Source of the DNA: a virus
Lineage: Duplodnaviria > Caudoviricetes
IMG/VR virus record: IMGVR_UViG_3300044645_001351
Location: 1 to 24,532 of that record
Strand: one strand, 5' to 3'
Length of the DNA stretch: 24,532 bases
The notes beneath the pieces were generated by a model. The model was not told the DNA's origin and searched no databases. It was given only the letters and a program-made list of their open reading frames with translations. This document shows positions 6,530 to 13,676 of this stretch, piece after piece; positions within the stretch are counted from its first letter, which is position 1, and each line of letters starts with the position of its first letter. Made by a program: the position numbers and the translations under genes.

Positions 6530-6917
6530 TGTTCGATCTGTCCCGTGCAGGTCACTGCCCGCTCCCAACCGATCGGCTCTCACCTCGATCGCGCTGGCGG
6601 TACTGCTGCTTGGGACTCTGTTCGTCGCTTCGCTTCGTGTTGCAGGGGCGGGTCGTTGCTGTTCGCTATCGCCTGTCCTGCGCGTCGTCGCTCGCGTCTG
6701 CTTGTCCGGCTGGGTGCTCGTTGCGTCAGAGGGGGAAGGTGGTCGGCTCGACTCGCGTACGAGGCTTGCCGTCAGTCCTGCCTCACCTCGCCGTTCGGAG
6801 TCGTCGCTTCACGCTCGTCCGTACTGTGCGGGGCTACTCGCCTGTCCCGGTTGCGCTTGTTCGGAGCGCCGGGCGGCGTTGCACTTGTGATCCAGCCGGG
6901 ATGTCAAAGATCGAACA
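6530..6917 (-). ncRNA. Candidate ~390-nt structured non-coding RNA
   Basis: No minus-strand ORF spans it. The ends form a perfect 10-bp inverted repeat (6530-6539 / 6908-6917), there are several nested helices, and it starts just downstream of a putative promoter. Confidence 0.55.
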
Positions 6918-6922
6918 CGATC

Positions 6923-6951
6923 ATTGTCGCAGGAAACCATGGTTCACGCAA
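6923..6951 (-). promoter_or_regulatory. Putative sigma70 promoter for the ncRNA/cassette operon
   Basis: Minus strand TTGCGT(6951-6946)-N17-GACAAT(6928-6923) with an extended -10 TG; predicted start near 6916-6918. Confidence 0.55.
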
Positions 6952-7471
6952 TAGGGTTGTCTGCCCGTGTTTTGGTGCGCTTGTAGGCGGCATCGAACTC
7001 CGCGTCTTGCGCCCGCATTGCCGCGATGGCTTCGCGCACCGTTTCGGGCTTCGATTCGTCCACGGCATCACGCAGCAGGGCAGCCGCGCGTTGTGTTCGT
7101 CGCGGGAGCCAGCCCAATGCAACACGAATGGCAGAGAGGACACCGCTCGTGGTCAGCAGCCACACAAGGCACGCGCCCGCAGCGGCCACGGCCAACCAAG
7201 TCAACATCGTGATCCATGCCGGGACGACATCACGCACGCCCGGCAGGGTTGCATGTATGTCCGTCACCTGATGTCGAATCTGCTCGGCCTCTGCTCGCAC
7301 TAGTTGGACATCAGGCGAGGCTGCATCCATTCGATCGGCCGCATCGATGATCGCGTCCGCACTCTCACGAATGCTGCTTGCCTTCTGCGCGATGCGATGC
7401 GACGCGCTGCAGCCGCTCGCCACCGTAATGGCGAGGGCTGCAACGCAAGCGAGTGGGCGACCAGTGATCAC
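6944..7471 (-). CDS. Lipoprotein with C-proximal TM helix (u-spanin-like)
   Basis: GTG 7471 overlaps the upstream stop (GTGA). MITGRPLACVAALAITVASG|C is a lipobox, followed by a helical region and the TM segment WITMLTWLAVAAAGACLVWLL. Confidence 0.6.
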   Translation of the reverse strand: MITGRPLACVAALAITVASGCSASHRIAQKASSIRESADAIIDAADRMDAASPDVQLVRAEAEQIRHQVTDIHATLPGVRDVVPAWITMLTWLAVAAAGACLVWLLTTSGVLSAIRVALGWLPRRTQRAAALLRDAVDESKPETVREAIAAMRAQDAEFDAAYKRTKTRADNPIA

Positions 7472-7596
7472 TTGCGTCCGAGCCACTCGGCGACGCGACT
7501 CACGGGCACGATGTGTCCCGCGATGTATCCAGCGAGCAGGGCTCCCAGACCGAACCACACCGACCCAATCAGACTCTCCATCGTTGCAAGCATCAT
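7468..7596 (-). CDS. 42-aa single-pass membrane peptide (absent from ORF track)
   Basis: AAGGAG RBS, MMLATMESLIGSVWFGLGALLAGYIAGHIVPVSRVAEWLGRK*; overlapping start/stop coupling at both ends. Confidence 0.75.
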   Translation of the reverse strand: MMLATMESLIGSVWFGLGALLAGYIAGHIVPVSRVAEWLGRK

Positions 7597-7913
7597 GGCT
7601 TCTCCTTTGTGTTGAGGTTGCGAGTCATGCGACAGCCAGCAGCGTACAGCGCGCGAGCGATTGCGCCAGCGGTTTCCTCAACGCCTTGCTCACTCATGTC
7701 GGGCTGACACGCATGCAGCACCTCGTGGGCGATGGTGTCGATCATGTTGCGACCAGTCAGGGTTCGCCGCACCTCGATGAGTGGATGGCGGCCCGGAGGG
7801 AAGTAGCACCTTCCCCAGTCCTTGTTCATTGCTCGAGCGGGCATGAAGCGGATCGTGTAGACGCGATCGCGCACGCGGATGCGGATGCTCACGATGCCTC
7901 GTGGAACTCGCAT
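7593..7913 (-). CDS. Small HExxH zinc-metallopeptidase-like protein
   Basis: DWGRC...IEV...MIDTIAHEVLHA...EQGVE motif. Confidence 0.75.
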   Translation of the reverse strand: MRVPRGIVSIRIRVRDRVYTIRFMPARAMNKDWGRCYFPPGRHPLIEVRRTLTGRNMIDTIAHEVLHACQPDMSEQGVEETAGAIARALYAAGCRMTRNLNTKEKP

Positions 7914-8824
7914 TCAAGTCTCCAGATGGAGTTGCCGTTCACCTTCTCAAGGTGCCTCATGTAGAGGCGCATCCAGATCGCACCAATGGGCTTCGGTGGC
8001 ATGCCCTTCTCGGTCGCCCACCCTCCGAAGCCATCGCCGTGCTCTTGCTTGTAAGTGCCAGTGCGAACATGGTGCTGCGGCTCAACGGTCACGCGGTAGT
8101 TGCCGTTGTTGGTTCGCAAGCGATAGCGTGCGGTCTGCAGCCACCATCGCTCATGCACATGGCCGCACACAAGCACATCCGCGTCGGGTTGGAACGATGC
8201 TTGCCTTCGCACTCGCAGCGTGTCAAAGGTCATCATGCCTCCACCGCCGCTGCCATGGAAGTATGCCATCGTGAGAGTGTTGACGGTGTTGGCGACCTTT
8301 GTCTTGAACTGGATGAAGCCACCGTAGCCACCAGACAGCACGGGCGCGCCGATGCGTTCGCTCAACCGTTCGGTCAATCGCTCGGTGAGGTCGGTCTCTT
8401 GGTTCTTGAGTACGCCCGTCTCGTGATTGCCGCGAGCGATCAAGACACAACGATGCGCGAAGGGCTCATAGAAGTTGGTCGCATGGCGCACGAGTGAATC
8501 AAAGTAGTCGTTTGCGATTGCATGCTCGTCGCGCGTCACACCGTGCTTGGCGCGGCGTGGATCAGCCTTGCCGGCCATCGCACAGAAGAGGTCACCGAAG
8601 TCGATCCATCCTGCGTTGCGTTGCTCGCACTCGCGAAGGTGCTTGCGCTCAAGATCGTGGTCGCTGTGCGGGTTGTCATGGTGCGCGTCCGATCGGAGCA
8701 GGAACCATTGCTCCCATCCCGCCCGCGCATCGGCTTGCATCTCGACTATGTGGATGTTGCGCGTCTTCTGCTCGACGCGAAACGGAAGCGGCTTCTTCTT
8801 ATCGCTTGGCTTCAAGCGTGGCAA
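7889..8824 (-). CDS. Calcineurin-like metallophosphoesterase
   Basis: SDAHHD, FGDLF, RGNHE, YFHG, CGHVHE motifs in canonical order. Confidence 0.88.
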   Translation of the reverse strand: MPRLKPSDKKKPLPFRVEQKTRNIHIVEMQADARAGWEQWFLLRSDAHHDNPHSDHDLERKHLRECEQRNAGWIDFGDLFCAMAGKADPRRAKHGVTRDEHAIANDYFDSLVRHATNFYEPFAHRCVLIARGNHETGVLKNQETDLTERLTERLSERIGAPVLSGGYGGFIQFKTKVANTVNTLTMAYFHGSGGGGMMTFDTLRVRRQASFQPDADVLVCGHVHERWWLQTARYRLRTNNGNYRVTVEPQHHVRTGTYKQEHGDGFGGWATEKGMPPKPIGAIWMRLYMRHLEKVNGNSIWRLECEFHEAS

Positions 8825-9065
8825 GGCGACGCTCCAGTTCCTGAAGGCGTTGGGCCGTGACTTGATCGTTGCCGCTCAGACTCAACTGCGCACGCACGAG
8901 GTCACTCGTGATGGACTTCAGTTCAGTCAGTTGCCCGCTGTGCTGATCGATGGTCGCGTCCTTGCGACCAATCGATACAGCCAAGCCGCCAAGGCCAAGT
9001 GCGAAGACCGCAACCTGTACCCACGATGCGACGGTGCGAGACACGGATGCTGCCGCTTCGGTCAT
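8799..9065 (-). CDS. Membrane protein with coiled coil (holin-like)
   Basis: One N-terminal TM (VASWVQVAVFALGLGGLAVSIG) followed by a coiled coil; located just after the tail genes. Confidence 0.55.
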   Translation of the reverse strand: MTEAAASVSRTVASWVQVAVFALGLGGLAVSIGRKDATIDQHSGQLTELKSITSDLVRAQLSLSGNDQVTAQRLQELERRLATLEAKR

Positions 9066-9089
9066 GCCCGCAGCCTACCTGTCATGCCT

Positions 9090-9452
9090 TCATGTGTCAC
9101 GCGGACGCAGCAGCAACTTGACCTGCTCTGAGATGGGCATGGGCGCAGCGGTCGATCGTGGTGGCTCTGCGGGCGGCTGCTGCGCCTGTGGTGCTGGTTG
9201 TGCCCACTTGCCTTGCGGGCATGTCGCAGCGGGCATCGTGGCCTTGATTGAGAGCGCGGCACGCTTGCGACCGCCGCATCCGCACGCATCGCAAAACCCT
9301 ATCCCACCGGGATCGGTTTCGCCTGCGATCGAATCCTTGCGCTTCGGGCACGCTTTGCACGCATCGAGACGCGCGGTCAGTGCATCGCCAGCGACTGGCC
9401 CGTGGACGATTCGCGACACCTCTGCCTTCAGATATTGCGCTGCGCGTTTCAC
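9090..9452 (-). CDS. Cys-rich putative metal-binding protein
   Basis: GTG 9452 overlaps the upstream TGA. RLDACKACP...FCDACGCG...ATCPQGKW. Confidence 0.75.
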   Translation of the reverse strand: MKRAAQYLKAEVSRIVHGPVAGDALTARLDACKACPKRKDSIAGETDPGGIGFCDACGCGGRKRAALSIKATMPAATCPQGKWAQPAPQAQQPPAEPPRSTAAPMPISEQVKLLLRPRDT

Positions 9453-10744
9453 GATTGGGCTGGAGATGCAAACGCGACCCAACTCACCGAACTGTCGGTC
9501 GTATACGACTGCGTGACCTCACACCCGCCCTCGGTGTTGCACGGGTCTGGGCAGTTGTTGCAGATGCTAGTGAGCGTGACTGATGCAGCGACATCGGCCA
9601 TTGGAACGGTAAGGATCAATGGCGATTGCCCCGGCTGGTAGCGAACAGCACTCGTGAAGTTGGTGTACTGATATTCCATCCCGGGCGATGCTCCTTCATT
9701 GAATGGGATAAACAGATACATCCATTTCCATGTCTGATTGACCGTGTACCCGTTCGCTGCGTATGCCTGACTTCGACTGATCGCGCTTGCACCGACCATG
9801 CCATCCCACCCATCGTAGATTGCGCCACACCCAAACTGGCAGCATGTAGCGTCGAACCCAAGCAAGTAGTCAGGCTCCGTTGGGATCACCGTGTATGCGG
9901 GACACGGGCCATACAGTCCTTCGCAACTGTTCTCGAACCACTCGGTGTTCGGATCAAGCCTTTCGATGTCGCCGAATACGGATGCGTAGTATCGTCTGGC
10001 TCCGCACCAGTTCGTGTAGCGAAGCGACAATGATCGCACGATGTCATCGACTGGCGTTGCGGCCGATCCGGTCAGACCGAGCCACGAGTAGTCCTCGATT
10101 GGAACGATCGGGCCGAACTCGGTCGCGATCGTCGCCGATCCAAGCAGCGTCTCGCTCACGCCCGTGCCATCAATCGTGCCTCCGAGTTGCCAGAAGTACT
10201 TGTGCGAGACAGACGCTGGCACGATCGAGTCGAGATCGTTGCCGACTGCGATGAATCGAAGGCCGGGAGTCGTAGCGTCGCATGCCTGCACATTCTGATA
10301 CAGCGTGGGCATGTAGTAGATCGCATCATCGACCGCACCCAACTCGGTTGGACGAATCGTGATCTTGGTGAAGGCCAGATACATCGAGCCGAACTCAATC
10401 TCCACGCATGCGTCCAACTGCTGCATGGTCATCGACCCGCCCGATACGCCAGTCGGCAGCGTCGCCGTCGCACCCGTGGACTGCCATGTGCAGCCCGTGC
10501 GTCCGCTCACCAACTCAAACTGGCCTTCGATGTGAATGGTGATCTCACGCGAGACCGTGCCGCCACCCGTGATTGGAATAGTTCCCGCTGCGGTCTCGAT
10601 GTCGAGCACAAGGTCGATCGTGCTGCCTTCTTGGAACGGCTTGATGCGTTCACCGTAGCAATGCGCCGCGTCCTCGCACTTCCACGGCAGGTCGGCAAGC
10701 ACGCATGGGTTCGTGCTGCAGCAGCAGTGCCGATGGACGGTCAT
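9449..10744 (-). CDS. Cys-rich putative virion/tail-associated protein
   Basis: 431 aa, starts HRHCCCSTNPC; Thr/Gly/aromatic-rich with further Cys clusters; follows the fibre gene with ATGA coupling. Confidence 0.7.
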   Translation of the reverse strand: MTVHRHCCCSTNPCVLADLPWKCEDAAHCYGERIKPFQEGSTIDLVLDIETAAGTIPITGGGTVSREITIHIEGQFELVSGRTGCTWQSTGATATLPTGVSGGSMTMQQLDACVEIEFGSMYLAFTKITIRPTELGAVDDAIYYMPTLYQNVQACDATTPGLRFIAVGNDLDSIVPASVSHKYFWQLGGTIDGTGVSETLLGSATIATEFGPIVPIEDYSWLGLTGSAATPVDDIVRSLSLRYTNWCGARRYYASVFGDIERLDPNTEWFENSCEGLYGPCPAYTVIPTEPDYLLGFDATCCQFGCGAIYDGWDGMVGASAISRSQAYAANGYTVNQTWKWMYLFIPFNEGASPGMEYQYTNFTSAVRYQPGQSPLILTVPMADVAASVTLTSICNNCPDPCNTEGGCEVTQSYTTDSSVSWVAFASPAQS

Positions 10745-12309
10745 GTCGTCAGGTAGCCGAGTTGCGTCGCGGTCTTGATCACGGGCCAGTACTTCACTTT
10801 GGCGATTGGGCCTGCGGCGAAGTACTGTTCATAGCCCGGTCGTCCGATCACGAAGCGCGTGGGAGTAAATGTCGCGCTCAACGATGTCGGCCCGGCCGAT
10901 GTTGCAGACCCATTGAGGTCGACCTTCACCTCGGCCGTCGAGAGGCTTGCATCGAACGACGCAGCGAACCGACTCGCGGTGTTGGCTGTGAAGGTGCGAT
11001 TGGCTTCCGGTGCTGCGCCCGTGCCTCTTGCCGCTGCGAACAGGCGAGACGCATTCGTGAACACCTCCCATGTGGGCTGGTCTGCCGCGGTCATGAATCC
11101 GATGCGCACCGGGTATGAAGCAGAGTTGCTCTGCGTGAAGCGTCCGCTGTAGAAGAGCGTGCCAGCGGTCGTGCTGTACCCGAGCGCACTGATGTCGCTC
11201 ATGGTCAACTGGTCAGCATTGCGAGTTGCGGTCGCGGTCGTTGTGACGATGTAACTGGACGAGCCATCACCGTCCTCCAACTGCGCACCCCATACCTCGA
11301 TCGCATCGCCTGATGCCACAACGCGGAAGCCGACTTGCTGCGCGGCGGTCGTTGCGGCAAAGGTGTAGCGCGTCCATGTGCTCGTGATCGCTTGCGTGGT
11401 GTAGGTAGAGCCGTTGTTGGTGGTGTACTGGATCGCACCAGTGCCAGTCACGCGGCGCAGCCAGACGCTCAAAGTGCGCTGGGCAGATGATCCAATCGCA
11501 GCCGATGCAATGATGGTCGCGTTCGCTGCCGTCGCCGTGAGCCGCAACGCGGTCGCATCATTGCGCGGGCTCAAGTTGTTAGTGCTGGTGCGCGTGAGGT
11601 TCGTCGTCGTCCAGTTGTTCTGCGATCCACCTGCTGCTGCGAAGGTCTCGCTGAAGTTCAGGCGATTGGTCGTCTGATGCTCGCACAGAAGCCCAAGTCG
11701 CTCCAGCGTCACGGGATCGTGAGTGAACCGCGCCACGCCTGCTGCGGCAGACGCGACGAATCCAAGAGAGTCGATGTATGTGCCCACCGTCGCTCGCGTC
11801 AGCGTCAAGCGTGCGTCGAGCGCGTTGGTCGTGAAGTCGAACGCGAGCGTCCAGTCGCCTGCAGATGTGTCACCGTGCAGCACCCACTCGTTGCTGTTGA
11901 CCTTGGTCACATAGGCGACCGAATACTGACTCTTGAGCGCAGTACCGTTTGCCGCGCGCAGGGTCACGCCGCTCATCGGCCACACTTCGACATCGCCGAC
12001 GCCTCGCATGATCTGCACTGTGCTGCCGATGCGAATCGGCTGCGCAGCGTCCGTAGGCAGGTAGACGCTGCGCGATCCGTTGGTCGTGAACACGAGACAC
12101 GCATCGTGCAGGTCTGGCGTGAGCGTCACATCTGTGCTGACATTGGTGACCTGTCGACCATTGACCGCAGTCACATCACCAATCGAATCGCGATAGGCGA
12201 ACAGCAGGCCATCGAATGTGTTGAGTGCGAGTTCACCGTCCGTGACCTCGCCGCTCGTTGGGTACAAGCCCGATGCTGCACTTCGCTTGAGTTGGATGAT
12301 GTCGGCCAT
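10741..12309 (-). CDS. Tail/head fibre or spike protein with carbohydrate-binding-like C-terminal domains
   Basis: N-terminal IQLKRS..GELALNT.DG motif typical of fibre N-termini; LTLTRATVGTYIDSLG..GLLCE..TN, VWGAQLE..SSYIVTT..TRNAD motifs. Confidence 0.7.
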   Translation of the reverse strand: MADIIQLKRSAASGLYPTSGEVTDGELALNTFDGLLFAYRDSIGDVTAVNGRQVTNVSTDVTLTPDLHDACLVFTTNGSRSVYLPTDAAQPIRIGSTVQIMRGVGDVEVWPMSGVTLRAANGTALKSQYSVAYVTKVNSNEWVLHGDTSAGDWTLAFDFTTNALDARLTLTRATVGTYIDSLGFVASAAAGVARFTHDPVTLERLGLLCEHQTTNRLNFSETFAAAGGSQNNWTTTNLTRTSTNNLSPRNDATALRLTATAANATIIASAAIGSSAQRTLSVWLRRVTGTGAIQYTTNNGSTYTTQAITSTWTRYTFAATTAAQQVGFRVVASGDAIEVWGAQLEDGDGSSSYIVTTTATATRNADQLTMSDISALGYSTTAGTLFYSGRFTQSNSASYPVRIGFMTAADQPTWEVFTNASRLFAAARGTGAAPEANRTFTANTASRFAASFDASLSTAEVKVDLNGSATSAGPTSLSATFTPTRFVIGRPGYEQYFAAGPIAKVKYWPVIKTATQLGYLTT

Positions 12310-12312
12310 GTG

Positions 12313-12909
12313 TCAGACTCCGTATGCGCCGCCGTCGATCGCGTTGACGAATCCCGTGAAGCCAGCAGCACATGAGCCGCCGACCGGGTTGGGATACCAG
12401 AATGCGTACTGCATGCGGCCCGTGTCAAGGCGCAGCGTGGTCATTGGGACGACGGTTGTATTCGGCACTCGCACGATGCGGTAGCCTTCACTGCCGCTGA
12501 TGCTGTCGCTCGCATGCGCATAGCCGTTGCGCAGCGCAGATGTGTTGCCGATCTCGTGCATGTTGATCGCCCATGTCGATGGGCTTGCGGTCGAACCGTT
12601 GGTCAGCGACCCACTCAGCGTGCCTTGTCCCGGCGTGGCCGTTGTGACAGTTGATTGGCTGCCCTGCAACACGACCTTCGTCCACGAATACTTCCATAGG
12701 TATTCACCAGTGCCCGATCCCTGCAACGCCGATGCGCTGTCGATCTTCGCGAGGAAGATGCCACCTGCGCCGCCGCTGGCTCCGTTTGCTGCGATGACCT
12801 TCAACTGCTGGCCGAACTCGCTCACGAACTGCGCCGCGGCAACGATCTGTCGCCACGCATCCGGGTTGAGTGCGCCGATGCCCTTGGTGATCTCTGGCTT
12901 GATTGGCAT
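12313..12909 (-). CDS. Minor tail protein (hypothetical)
   Basis: Position after the tape measure; Gly/Ser/Thr-rich; ends IDGGAY. Confidence 0.6.
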   Translation of the reverse strand: MPIKPEITKGIGALNPDAWRQIVAAAQFVSEFGQQLKVIAANGASGGAGGIFLAKIDSASALQGSGTGEYLWKYSWTKVVLQGSQSTVTTATPGQGTLSGSLTNGSTASPSTWAINMHEIGNTSALRNGYAHASDSISGSEGYRIVRVPNTTVVPMTTLRLDTGRMQYAFWYPNPVGGSCAAGFTGFVNAIDGGAYGV

Positions 12910-12911
12910 GG

Positions 12912-13676
12912 TCAGTCAGCGCAGACGGTGTACGAGCCGAGCATGGTGTAGAAGTTGGCCGTATCGAGGAACGGCTGAAACCACTTGACTTCGCGTGCCT
13001 GATTCGCGTCCAACTGCACGCGCCCATCAGACTCGCGCGTCGGCACTTGGCGCAGGTGGTAGAACTGATCGCCAACAAAGTCGAACTGCACCTCCCAAGC
13101 GCACTTGCCTATGTTGCTGACCTTGACTCCCTTGAAGAGCAACTGACCGACTGCTGCGCCCTCAAGCGTTGTGCTGTTCCGCTTGCCAAGGTTCGACCAG
13201 ATGTTCGACCACGGCACAGGTGTAGTTGCGTCGTACCTGCGAATGATCTGCACCGTTGTCTGCCAGATGAACTGCGAGACAGGTTCGCCTGCGCTGTCCA
13301 ACTTTGTTCCAGCGATGTCGCTGCCGCTTGGCGTTCCACCCGCTGGCACAGTTGCGTTGCGCCACACATCGACAAATGTGCCGCCGACATCACTCTGCAC
13401 ATTGACAAAGGTGAACAAACTCTGCTGGGCTCCCCACTCGACCGTGACGGTGTATGCACCCACGCTGTCTTGGATCGCCTGCACGCTTACGGACTGGCAG
13501 ATCATGTTGATGCCAGAGAACGGATCGGTCTTGATGGTTCCTGTGCTGCCCGGTGTATATCCCGGTGCAGCGGCCGCATCCTCTGCGGATGACTCGCCAG
13601 TCACGATGAAGGTCATCGAGCCAGACGGATCAATCTCCGAATACTTGTAACTCTCGTTGGTCAAGTAGTACGCCAT
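12912..13676 (-). CDS. Putative distal tail/tail-tip protein
   Basis: Immediately follows the tape measure gene (TGATG coupling); beta-rich composition. Confidence 0.6.
   Translation of the reverse strand: MAYYLTNESYKYSEIDPSGSMTFIVTGESSAEDAAAAPGYTPGSTGTIKTDPFSGINMICQSVSVQAIQDSVGAYTVTVEWGAQQSLFTFVNVQSDVGGTFVDVWRNATVPAGGTPSGSDIAGTKLDSAGEPVSQFIWQTTVQIIRRYDATTPVPWSNIWSNLGKRNSTTLEGAAVGQLLFKGVKVSNIGKCAWEVQFDFVGDQFYHLRQVPTRESDGRVQLDANQAREVKWFQPFLDTANFYTMLGSYTVCAD

Noticed and set aside
6902-6907. Perfect TTGACA -35 on the minus strand
   Set aside because: No plausible -10 hexamer lies 16-18 nt downstream; the 6923-6951 candidate fits better.
6530-6917. Retron msr-msd or DGR template
   Set aside because: The terminal inverted repeat is retron-like, but no reverse transcriptase motif (YADD) is seen in the window, and I found no TR/VR pair with the fibre gene.
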